From positions 159,464,001 through 159,528,000 of the forward strand of contig OZ024741.1 in NCBI GenBank assembly GCA_964016885.1: DNA of 64,000 bases, in the 5' to 3' direction. Origin of the DNA: Eledone cirrhosa (taxonomy: Eukaryota). A program made the translations under genes and the position numbers. The notes below the pieces were generated by a model, which was not told the DNA's origin, did no database searches, and worked only from the letters and a program-made list of their open reading frames with translations. Below are positions 52,500 through 64,000 of the stretch, one piece after another (within the stretch, counting starts at the first letter, position 1; each line of letters begins with the position of its first letter).

Positions 52500-52718
52500 A
52501 TATATATATATAAAATCGGAAATTGAGTTTTGCTTCTATCCACCGAAATACGATTCTTGTTGAATTTATATATATATATATAGGTTTTTAAAATCCAATG
52601 CCAATAAATACACCAGGATTTTTTCATTCTGATGATTGAAAGCAACATTTTTTTTGCCTTTAAGAAACCACTGGTAAATGAAATAATTGCCTTATGTTGT
52701 TTATTACATAACTATATA

Positions 52719-52754
<36 letters not shown>

Positions 52755-52880
52755 TGTATGTATGTATAGTAATAATAATACATTTGAAGACTAAAATCAA
52801 AAGAGGGCTCGATAAGAATAAATATATATCAAATATATAAGAACCGTAGAGCAAATATTTATTAAAATAACAGATTAAAG

Positions 52881-52950
<70 letters not shown>

Positions 52951-53034
52951 TCAGCGAGAATATATATATATATAAAATCGGAAATTGAGTTTTGCTTATT
53001 TCTACCCGCCGAAATACGATTCTCGGTGAATTTA

Positions 53035-53077
<43 letters not shown>

Positions 53078-53279
53078 GAGGTTGGTAATGGCACATGGAA
53101 TATATAAGAGACAGAATACTTTTTTGTGAAAAAACATATAATTTTATAAGGTAAGGAAAGAATAAAGGGTATAAAAAATGACCGGTTTCGATGGGTCTGC
53201 AAAAGCCATCTTTTCAAATGTTGATTAATATTAACAAAAATTAATAATAACAAGAGTTAAAATTTGAGATTTGAAAATT

Positions 53280-53324
<45 letters not shown>

Positions 53325-54415
53325 ATTAATATATGATTTTCCGATACTCGATTATTCTATTATATTTAGCTCTAGACATAGCTATTGACCAGTTAATTTT
53401 ATTGTTCATTTTTTGTCGATTCTATTGAATGCACTCTGATTCGATATGTGTTTTCCACATTACCGATAATTTTTCGCGAATATAGAGGTTATCTCCATGT
53501 GCGTTCTAGCTAAAGTTAACTTCTTTATCCGTTGGACGTAACCCGTTGATAAAGTGTTCCGGTCCATTCGCTCCCTAGAAGTCTTATATATTTTTATGTG
53601 GGCTGATAGGGGGCGGATTAAGGAATTGCAGAAACCCAAGAAGCTAGATTTACCACCTTTCTAGTGGGTCCGGGTAAGTTTTTTACATTCATATAAATTA
53701 TTGATTTATTGATATTTTATTTGAGTGACCCGAATCTTCCTGGTCGTTCTCTTTCGGCTGCATGGGTGATTTTAGGCATAATCTTTGTGTGTTGGTATTT
53801 TAACGATAGTTATAGCTCTGATTTATCTGAATTATTGAGCCCTCTGCCACTCATGTCGGATTTGTTTATCGTAAATTCGTGAGCTGATTTTCCGATACTC
53901 GATTATTCTATTATATACATATATATATTAATATATATATATATATATTAAACTTTAATCTGTAGAATAAAAATTAACATAATTTAAGTTCTCATTGAGT
54001 TTATGGAAAGGGTAATGAAGGCCTGAGTTCAAATTGAGAGTTACTTCTAAAAAAATTCACTATTTTATTGTTATTTTCTACTTCTAATTTCAGGTCATAA
54101 TTTTTAAAAAGTAGAAAATAACAATAAAATAGTGAATTTTTTAGAAATAACTCTTAATTTGAACTCAGGCCTTCATTACCCTTTCCATAAACTCAATGAG
54201 AACTTAAATTATGTTAATTTTTATTCTAATCATCCTAAAAGTGTTAAGAATGCAATAGTCAACAGTGTACAACAACGAATATCCAGACTATCCGCTAATA
54301 GATCCATATTTAATAGTAAAGCTGTATAATGATGCTTTATATAAAGCTGGTTATAAAAATAATATTGAGTATATAGAAAAAAATACTGAAAATAGTATAA
54401 GTATAACCACAGTAT
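52500..54415. mobile_element. Penelope-like element remnants (pLTR-like pieces + RT C-terminal fragment with inverted duplicate)
   Basis: ORF 54132-54329 NFLEITLNL...YVNFYSNHP...RISRLS resembles the PLE RT thumb; inverted arms 53963-54083/54109-54228; short direct repeats at ~52510/52972 and ~53334/53885; hammerhead motifs. Confidence 0.72.
52622..52683 (+). ncRNA. Type I hammerhead ribozyme (Penelope-associated, minimal stem III)
   Basis: Stem I TTTCATT/AATGAAA, CTGATGA (52629-52635), stem II TTGAAAGCAA/TTGCCTTTAA, GAAA (52664-52667), stem III ACC-ACT-GGT, GUA cleavage triplet ending 52676. Confidence 0.8.
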
Positions 54416-54718
54416 TCATAATAATAATAATAATAATAATGATTTCATTTATTAGCCACAAGGGCCGACATGTAGGGGACAATACAAAGACAGGGACAGT
54501 GGGGGTTTACAATAAGGTCGAGTAAAAGTGCACAATGGCAAGACTAATTTAACAATGAAAATATAAAAATATAAAATGAACTATGCATAAATATAACAAA
54601 ATAAATTCCCCTATAGGGGGTGGACGACCTGGGGTGATTCGGGTACCCCACCAATCCTGAACCACCCTGCGCTTCTAGGGCACTCAGGGAGATCACCCCT
54701 CTCCTCAAGTTAGCCAGC

Positions 54719-57700
54719 CTATAGGCGCATGGTCAGAGTAGGCCCATTCACACGAGCCATTCTCGCCACATTCACCCACCTTTTAGCAAATGTACTGGGG
54801 GGCAGCACTTCTCTCTCCACCCTCACCCTCCTTTCCAGGTGAAACTTGAAGAAGTTGATGAGGGATTGGCCGAAGAGAAAAATGTTTGTCTTTAGTCCTT
54901 TCAACCTGGTCCACCATATAATCTCTTCCGCAACTGCCACCAGACAGAGGAAAATGTCCTGCTCTTCCTGACCTAAGGAAGGTGGCGGCTCGATCTTCAC
55001 TATGGACTCGGCCGATAGCCGGATTCGTTCCACACGCGACAGTAGCTGTTCGACATAACTCCACAAGTCAGTAATGCACGGACATTGGACAAGTGCGTGC
55101 AAAACGGTTTCGTCGTTCTGTGCGCATCTTGGGCAGGTCCGTCTGACAGCACTTCCGTGCCTGTAGAGTTTATCCCGAACCGGCAGTTCCCCCCGGTAGC
55201 ACTGCCAAGCGAGGGATTTCTGGAAATTGTTCATCGTCCGCGGCTCAAAAGTCCTCCGGTACAGACTGGTCAGTTCGACTTCGTCGAGGCCCAAAGCTTC
55301 TCCGAGTGCGTCATCGCACTTGCCCACAACTAATCCTCTATAGAACTCGAGAGTGGAAGTTCCACTGATCGCATTGTCCGCTTGGTAGAGGGCAGTGAGT
55401 GCCTGGCAACATTCCAGATGCCAGTCACCCAGTCTCGGTCTCTTCTTGACCCAGGACTGCAGCTCAGTCAAAGAAATGAGCTGCGGAAAGGCCCGTCTGA
55501 TAAACGGTGACCACACCTGTTCACCATTGAGGCAGAATATCTGGAGATGTCGCAGCCTCAACGCATGTCTGCGCATCATTAGCCACGGCATGCCCAGCCC
55601 TCCGCGTAGAGGGTGCTGGCAGCAGATGGACCGCCTCACCAACGGAACTTGTCCGCTCCACAAGAATTTGAAGAGGAGCCGTTCCAACTTGACGAGGCGC
55701 GGACGGGGGCAAGGCAAGACGGTTAGGCGGTAGTAGATGACGGACGCGATGTACGCATTCGCCACCTCCGCGCGACCTTTCAGTGATAGCTTCCTCCCAG
55801 CCCATTTTTGGGTGAGACTGGCTACTCTGCTCGTTACCTCGTCCCAATTCTTTTCCACCTGGAGGTCTGGTCCGAACCAAACCCCGAGCAACTTTACCGG
55901 TCCGTCCGTCCAGCGCCCCACGACGCTGTTGGACGGCATGGGCTTGCCTCTCCAGGTTCCGAGCTGCAAGCCCACCGACTTTTCCGGGTTAAGTTTGGCT
56001 CCTGTCAACCTTTCATATTCCTTCAGTAAGGTGCCGACCACCTCGATTTCTGAGGTGTTCGACACCATCACGGTGATGTCGTCCGCATAAGCCGACACCG
56101 CCTTTCCACGTCCCGGTTCGAGCGGGATGCCCTGCAACAGCTCCAGCTTCCGCAGTAAAGGCTCGAGAGTCAATACGTACAGAAGAAAAGAGAGAGGGCA
56201 CCCTTGACGGACCGATCGGGAGAGCCGAAATGGTTCCGAGAAGTGGCCATTAACCTTGACCACCGAGCGTGTGCCGCTGTGCATTGCAACGATCCATCTT
56301 CTAAAGACAGGGCCAAAGCCAGCTGCTTTGAGGACAAACTCCAGATACCGATGGTCGACCCTATCGAATGCTTTCGATTGATCTAAATTGATCAGTGCCC
56401 CACCGAAGCCAGGTTTACACCCTACCCTCTCTATGATGTATCGCATGAGGTGGAGATTGTCGTGTATGGACCTGACTGGGATTGCGCAAGTTTGCGCCTC
56501 CCCAACCAAATCCTCGACGACAAGCGCCAATCTCTTTGCTAACACCTTGGCCAAAATCTTAAACTCTGTGTTGAGCAGAGTTATGGGCCTGAAGTTGTCT
56601 AATGTATCCCTCTTGTTCTCGTCTTTCCTTATCAGCGTCACCACTCCCCTGCTCACAGAACTGGGAATACTCCCATTCTGCTGCCAGTTGCAGTAGAGTG
56701 CTTCGAGGAGTTCGGAGAACAAGTCTGGCATATTTACGTAAAGCTCGTAGGGCAGGCCATCCAAATCGGGTGACTTGCGCCTCATGCAGCCGACAAGGGC
56801 GTCCTGAATTTCGGCTGAAGTAATCGGCCTTTCGCAGCGCTCAGCGTCGACCGTCGAGATGCGCGGCAAGCCGTCAAGGTAGGGACTGAAATCCGCTACT
56901 CTCTCTGACTCACCACTCTCCCTGAACAACCGAGCAAAGTGCTGGCGAAAGGCCTCACACATCCGCTTGGAATCGCTTATCTCGTGTCCGTCTCGGTCCG
57001 CCAAAGACCGAATTGTGGTTTTATTACCACGCTGCGCCTCCGCCACGCGGGCCCATCGAACAGCTTTAGTTCCCTTGTTTCTCAGCGCACGCGCCTTAGC
57101 TCTGACAATGCAACCTTCGCGTTTGGCGTTGAAGAAATGGTCTAATGCCATTCTTGCCGCTAGCACGTCAGTTGCGATGCCACTACAAATAGCCTCGTCT
57201 AACTTATCTACCAGCTCCCCCTCCTTTCTATTTTTCTCTAACGCTAGTTCTTTGCTGAACTCTATCGAAGTTACTCTAATCTCTCTTTTGAGAGCCCCCC
57301 ACCATCTGTTGTTGATGATCCCCCCTGTCAACTTTTGCTTAACTAAATTGTTGACTCGGTCCCTGTAAGCTTTACGTGCCGGAAATGACATGTTCAGCTT
57401 CCAGTAACCCGGTCCTAACCTACGCGTTTTATTTAGGTCGACCGTACAGATCACAAATTTGTGATCTGAATAGGCGACCGTTTTAAAAAGTGGACAGCCC
57501 ACACTATTTCTATCTATTTTCCTAATGAAGATCCTGTCTATATACGATCTAGATGACCCCATTCGGTTGGTCCATGTCCATACTGGCACATTGGGGAAAT
57601 CTAGTCGATACCTGTCAGACAGTTGGAACTGGCTGAGTAGGTGCTTGAGGCTTTTGCACCTCCCTCTCCTATCGGCTACTCCCACACAATCCCAGCGTGC

Positions 57701-58140
57701 GTCTAAGATGCCATTCCAGTCCCCCGCTAACAGTAAAGGGCGAGACGTACCCAGAAAGGTCTCCAGGCGCCTAAAGAAGTCAGGTCGTCCGGCCCCTGTA
57801 GGGGCGTAGACGGCCAGCAGTCTAAAGGCACCACCTTCGCTACTGCTCACATCCAAGACCACCAACTTACCGTCCGGGTCCCGGAAGATCGACCTTACCT
57901 CGAGATCCAGTCCTTTCCTAAACAGCACTGCCACCCCACCCCCATTCCCGGCCTGCGAACAGATACGAAGATCTGATAGTCGTCGAAAATGGGGGCTAGT
58001 GCGCGCGTGTCGGAAATTCTGGTCTCGCTTACGGCAACCACATCCATTTCCAGCGACCGGAGGTCGTTGAGCAGGCGACCCTGCTTTCAGGGTGACCCCA
58101 GGCCGCGAACATTTAAACTTCCTACTCTTAATATGGCCAT
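54719..58140 (-). pseudogene. Tx1/L1 ORF2 (APE + RT + CCHC zf-RVT), lesions near the N-terminus
   Basis: ATG at 58140 (MAILRVGSLNVRG) followed by a TGA and a frame break, then a 1071-aa open frame with GDWN, YSDH, FRPITLLN, QGCPLS, YADD, CPRC..ETVLH..QC. Confidence 0.9.
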
Positions 58141-58482
58141 ATTGGTAAGCTAAGAGAGAGAGAGGGAAGGTTTACTTACCTCCCGGGTCTTGTGAAGGTC
58201 GGGTGGTTCGACCTCCATGGTTGGTGGGGTTTCTTTTGGGAACCCCTTTAAAAGTCTTGATGTGGGTTTCACATTCGGGGTTCCCACGTCTTGAGGAAAG
58301 CTCTCTCGAATTTCTTTGAAGGAATTGAGTGACATTCGGACCAGAAGCAAATCTTCTGGCACGCAAAATGTGCTCATTTCAAAAATCTCCCCCTCTGTTT
58401 GAATGTCCTCGCTTCGCGCTAAGAGGGCCATCAGTTTATCGTTGGCCCTTCTGACAAGCACGAAGTTTTTAACATTTTGTTG

Positions 58483-59742
58483 AATATTGATATTGATATT
58501 AGCGATAAAGACGAACAGTTGGCCAAAGCATGGAGGCTAATTAAACGGGAGAAGTCCTGGGCAAACCTGACCATCCCGGACGAGGCAATAGCGGCCATGC
58601 AAAGGAGGACGGTGCTCTTTCGATGTATTTCGGTGCAGACACCAAAAGTGGAACTTGCGAGCCAAGCAGAGGTAGAGGCTGCTTTGGAGTACATCGGAAG
58701 TAACATAGAGTACAAAGCAAGAGGCAAACAGTTCGGTACCATCTCGGTACTGTTCAAAACCGAGGCCCTCGCTATTAAGCACTCGGTGACCCCCTGCAGA
58801 ACGGAACGCATTATCATGCATCCGTCCTATATGGGTAAAAGGACAGTGAAGGTACGCATTCCCAGCATCCACCAGGAATGAACATATGGTGGCTGCTGGG
58901 ATGCGTAATCGAGGAGGGGACAGACACCACCCTCCTGGACATCAAAAGGACAGAGAGAGAGGACTGGTCCGGAATGGATTTGGAGATTCTTCTCCAAATG
59001 AAACCGGAGGATATGAATAACATCCCGGATTTTGCCCGCCTGCAGGACGGGACAACAATCCAACTAATGATTGACGCAAGAAGGCCACGCTGCTTCGTTT
59101 GCGGGGAAGCCTTCAAGCCTTCTGCTCTCAGCGCAAAAATGCAGGGGGTCGCAAACCTCCTTTGTTGCCAACGCCAGTGTCAGCACGGAAAGCTGCACCA
59201 CCACCACCACCAAAAACAACATCAACAAAAACACGGACACCAACATCAAAAGCAGCCGGATCACCACCAACACCAAAACCAATCCAAGGAGAAAACGAGG
59301 AAAGCTCCCCCCCCCCAATTATACACATAGACAAAAAAATAAAATAAACGCACACACAGACACAGAGACACTCACAGACACAGACCCTTTGTCTTCCAGC
59401 AGCGAAGATGAAGGAAAACCCCAAAGTGCAAAAAAACAGAGAAAACTCACAAAAAAAAAAAAGCCCCAACAAAACACAAAAACACACACAACAAAAAATA
59501 CAGACACCACTAACGCAAACACTTCCCCAATAACATCAGCACCATCAGCAACATCGACACCACCTCCACAATCCCCGAAACGCAAACAACCTAAACAAAC
59601 ACAAGTACAAATAAACACACAAATACCTGAAATTGCAGACACCACACCTACAACAAACATAGATATACCCGAAACAACACCACCAAAACCATCGCCACCA
59701 CCTTCACCAAAACGAAAACAAATAAAACCACACCAACAAAAT
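58483..59742 (+). pseudogene. Inverted Tx1 ORF1 segment (RRM-like region, CxxC knuckle remnant, Pro/Thr/Lys-rich linker)
   Basis: ORF pieces 58477-58881, 58878-59330 (RRPRCFVCG) and 59071-59742; joins in frame to the minus-strand ORF1 C-terminus via CAACAAAAT. Confidence 0.8.
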
Positions 59743-59952
59743 AATAATAATAATAATAATAATAATAATTGTTTCTACTTTTGGCACAAGGCCAGTAATT
59801 ACCCAGTGCATTACTGGTACTTTATTTTATCGACCCCGTAAGGATGAAAGGCAAAGTTTACCTCGGTGGGATTTGAACTCAGGCGATAAAGGACTGTAAC
59901 TCTATGCTGCAAAGCATGGTGTCCAACTCTCTACCGATACTGCCAATCCACC
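59743..59952 (-). mobile_element. Full-length SINE inserted in the (AAT)n tail of Tx1 #2
   Basis: Reverse complement of the 32500/50436 SINE, with (AAT)n on both sides. Confidence 0.9.
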
Positions 59953-62900
59953 ATAATAATAATAATAATGATTTCTTTATTAACCACAAGGGTTTACATA
60001 AAGTAGACATTAAGGACAGTACAGGACAATACAGGGCGGTACAAATGGGCATTTCTGCGTGTAAAAAAAGAAACAGAGGATGTAATAATAGAACAATGAA
60101 AAACTTACCCAATAGGGGGGAGACTTCCGAGGGACATTGGTGGAGAAAGCCATTAAAAAGCCACAGTGACCCTGACCACCAGGGCAAGTGCCCTCTCTCA
60201 GTTTTCCACCTTTAATTTACAGACACATACTCAGAGTAGGCCCATTCACTCGGGCCATTCTTGCCTCTCTCACCCATCTTTCAACAAAATGCTGGGAAGA
60301 GAGTACTTCCCTCTCTACCCTGATTTTCCTTTTCAAATGAAATTTGAAAAAGTTAATCAGGGCATCACCGAAGAGGTAAGTGCTCGTCTTCAGCCCTTTC
60401 AAACGTGTCCACCATACTATCTCTTTCGCCATGGCCACCAGACAGATAAAAACTTCCTGCCCTTCCCGGCTAAAGGAAGAGGGCGGGGCAATCCTCACGA
60501 TGGACTCAGCTGATAGCTGGATCCGTCCTACACGCGACAGCAGGTGTTCAACATAAACCCACAAGTCAGCAATGCTCGGACACTGGACGAGTGCGTGCAG
60601 GACGGTTTCGTCGCCTTGCGCGCATCTCGGACATGCCCGGCTGACGGCACCTCCATGCCTGTAGAGTTTATCCCGAACTGGCAAAGCTCCTCGGTAGCAC
60701 TGCCAGGCCAGGGATTTCTGGAAGTTGTCCATAGGCCCCGGCCCGAAAGTTCTTCCGAAGAGATTGGCTAGTTGATTTTCGTCGACGCCTAGAGTTTCCC
60801 CAAGTACGTCGTCATTCTTCCCCTCCACTAATCCTCTATAGAACGCCAAGGTGGAGTTTCCATCGATCACATTGCCCGATTGGTCGAGGGCTGTGAGCGC
60901 CTGAAGACATTCCAGTCTCCAAGCGCTCCCTCTCGGTCTTCGCTTGACCCAGGACTGCAGCTGCGTCAAGGAGACGAGCTGGGGAAAGACGTGTCTAGCA
61001 AACAGAGAACACACCTGATCACCGTCGAGGAAGAGGTAGAGATGTCGTAGCCTGAGCGCGTGTCTGCGCATCATCAGCCACGGCATTCCCAGCCCTCCAC
61101 GTAGCGGGTGTTGACAGCAGATGGACCGCCTGACCATCGGAGCGCGTCCCTTCCACAAAAAGCGAAAGAGCAAACGCTCCAGCGCAGTCAGGCGGGGCTT
61201 AGGACAAGGTACGACGGTCAGGCAGTAGTAGATGACGGACGCGATATACGCGTTAGCCACCTCCGCTCGACCTTTCAGGGATAGCTTCCTCTCGGCCCAT
61301 TTCTGGGTGAGAGAAGCCACCCTGCTCGTCACCTCGTCCCAGTTTTTGTCCGTCTGGAGATCCGGACCGAACCAGACCCCGAGCAATTTAACTGGTCCGT
61401 CCGTCCAGCGCCCGATGACGCTGTTGGACGGCATGGACCTGCCTCTCCAGGTGCCGAGCTGCAGGCCCACTGACTTTTCCTGGTTGATCATTGCTCCTGT
61501 CACCGCTTCGTATTCTCTTAGTGTAGTGCCGATCGCCTCGATGTGTTTGGCGTTCGACACCACTACGGTGACATCGTCCGCATATGCTGACACGGATCTT
61601 CCGCATCCTAGTTCGCGCGGGGCCCCCCTCAACGTCTCCAGTTTGTGCAGTAATGGCTCGAGAGTCAATACGTACAAGAGGGACGAGAGGGGACATCCTT
61701 GGCGGACCGAGCGCATGATGTTGAACGGTTCCGAAAGGTGACCGTTCACTCTCACCACAGAGCAGATGTCGCTGTGCATGGCAGCGATCCAGCCTCTGAA
61801 GACGGGCCCAAAGCCAGCCGCCCTCAGGACTGCCGCTAGGTAACGATGGTCGACCCTATCGAAAGCTTTCGACTGATCTAAATTGATCAAGGACCCACCC
61901 GTGCCAGGTTCCCTAGCTACCCTCTCTACGATGTATCGCATGAGGTGGAGGTTGTCGTGGATAGATCTGTCGGGAATGACGCATGTCTGCGCCTCTCCCA
62001 CCAGACCACCAACGACAAGCGCCAACCTCTTTGCTAGCACCTTGGCCAAAATCTTGAACTCTGTGTTTAGCAGAGTTATGGGCCTAAAATTATCTATGTT
62101 ATCCCCCTTGTTCGGATCCTTTCTCAGCAGCGCCACAGCTCCTCGGCTCACAGAGCTGGGAATTCTCCCATTCTGTTGCCAGTTGCAGTAGACGTCCGCC
62201 AAGAGGCCTCCGAACAAGTCTGGCATCTGTACGTAAAGTTCATAGGGCAGACCATCCAAACCAGGCGATTTACCCCTTGTGCAGCTAGTCATTGCCTCCC
62301 GTACTTCAGCGGCTGTTATCGGCTTTTCGCAACACTCCGCCTCAGTGGCCGAGAGCCGCGGCAGTCCGTCGAGGTAGACACTAAAGTCCATCCCTCGATC
62401 CGGCCCGTCGCTGCCCCCGAACAACTGAGCGAAGTGTCGCTGAAAAGCTTCACACATTTGCCCGGGATCGAGTAGCATGCGCCCGTCGTGGTCCACCAAA
62501 GACCGGATCGTGGCTTTGTTGCCACGATGTGCCTCCGCCACTCGGGCCCAATTCTCCCTCTGCTCTATTTTTCTCTATTGCTAAAGCCTTACTAAACCTA
62601 ATGGACTCTATTCTAATTGCTCTTTTCAGAGCCAACCACCACTTGTTGTTGACGATGGCCCTCGTCAACGCCCGCTTAACTAGTTCGCTAATCCGGTCTC
62701 TGTAGGCCTTGCGCGCTGGTAAGGACGCGTTTAGCTTCCAGTAGCCGGGTCCTCGTCCATGAAGCCTATCTAAGTCAAGTACACAGATCACGAATTTGTG
62801 GTCCGTTTAGCTGACTATCTTGAATTGTGGACAGCCTATGCTAGACCTATCTATTTCTCTACAAAATACTCTATCTAGATATGATCTGGATGACCCTATG

Positions 62901-64000
62901 CGATTTGTCCAAGTCCACATTGGCACATTCGGGAAATCCAATCGGTACCTGTCAGACAGTTCAAAACGCCTGAGCAGGTTGGTGAGGCTCTTGCACCCTC
63001 CTCCCCTATCCGCTAATCCCACACAGTCCCAGCGTGCATCTAAGATCCCGTTCCAGTCGCCCACTAACACTAAAGAGCGGGACGTTCCAAGAAAGGTCTC
63101 CAGACGCCGGAAGAAATCAGGCCGCCCTGCTCCTGTCGGGGCATAGGCGGCCACTAGCCTGAAAGCTTGCTCGTCTCTTCTGGTCACGCCTAGCACAACC
63201 AACTTACCTTCTGGGTCCAGGAAGATGGCCCGTATGGAGAGATCCAAACCTCTCCGAAAAAGCACAGCAACTCCTCCTCCGATCCAGGACGGCTGGGAGA
63301 TGCGTACACATCGTAGCCGCCGAAGATCGGTGCGAAGGCCCGTGCTTCGGAGATTCTGGTCTCGCTGATGGCCACTACATCTATGTTTAGTGACTTGAGG
63401 TCGTTGAGCAGGTGGCCCTGCTTCCATGACGACCCCAAGCCACGCGCATTTATGCTGCCTATTCTGAGTGAGGTCATGTTGAAACGGAGTGGAAAAGATG
63501 GGAAAGACCACTTACCTTACTTCTCGTAGTGGAAGGATGGTTTGTCCATTCTTTTCACTGCTTGTGGCCTCCTCCGGAAGGATGTCCTTATAAATCCTCC
63601 TGGAGAGTGTTTGTCGGAAGTCTCCGATGTCTTTGTGTAATTTTTGTTTTAGTGTCATGTACGTTTTCTGTGTGATGCGAGTGATTTGTATGTGTGGAGG
63701 TGGTATGAACTTTTGGGTTGTTGTGTAGTCTTTTTCTGTGATGCTGGTGTTGTGTTGCATGTAGTGTAATAATTGGTTGTTGTTCAAATTTAATGCTGTG
63801 TAGTGTGTATCGTTTTGGTTGTTTTGTTTTGTTTGCGTTTGTTGTGGGTTTGTTTCTGTTACGCTTTTTGGTGACTTTTGTGGTGTTGGTGATGGTGGTG
63901 TTGGGGTTAATGATGGTGATGGTGTTGGTGTTTGTGGTGATGGGGTTGGTGATGCTGGTGTGGATGGTGGCATATCTGTCTTAACTTTCTTGTTCGATAA
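59953..64000 (-). mobile_element. Tx1/L1-clade LINE #2 (ORF1 C-terminus 63512 to window end; ORF2 63477-60217 frameshifted and partly deleted)
   Basis: MTSLRIGSINARG APE start, RT and CPRC zinc finger homologous to element #1; CCCTTGTGGTTAATAAAGAAATC(ATT)n 3' end. Confidence 0.92.

Larger units (their letters stand above)
54418..59742 (-). mobile_element. Tx1/L1-clade LINE #1 with inverted 5' (ORF1) segment
   Basis: (ATT)n tail and AATAAA on minus near 54450; ORF2 on minus; ORF1 C-terminus on minus 58150-58482; ORF1 N-terminal part on plus ~58483-59742. Confidence 0.9.

Overview
AT-rich, repeat-dense animal genomic DNA, most likely an octopus or related cephalopod (inferred from the tRNA-derived SINE family and RTE LINEs, not proven). 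It holds the last seven coding exons of one + strand host gene, TRMT1L (Trm1-like tRNA methyltransferase, 10503-36520); its 5' exons were not found and probably lie left of the window. The introns and downstream region contain one intact-ORF RTE LINE and several truncated copies, an 8.8-kb 21-bp minisatellite, tRNA-derived SINEs, piggyBac- and hAT-like MITEs, a decayed autonomous and a non-autonomous Helitron, Penelope remnants with hammerhead ribozyme motifs, and two Tx1/L1-clade LINEs. The most notable observations are: (1) a 65-bp tandem array of decoy branch-point/3' splice sites in front of a TRMT1L exon; (2) a complete type I hammerhead fold plus related motifs; (3) a SINE/Tx1 pair sharing a 3' end and (AAT)n/ATTAT target preference, stacked tail-into-tail; (4) an exact twin-priming 5' inversion; (5) GT-AG segments whose removal would fuse ORF1 to ORF2 in frame in both Tx1 elements; (6) altered conserved motifs in TRMT1L; (7) an NRF1-motif minisatellite. 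All family assignments come from motif recognition by eye; no searches were run.
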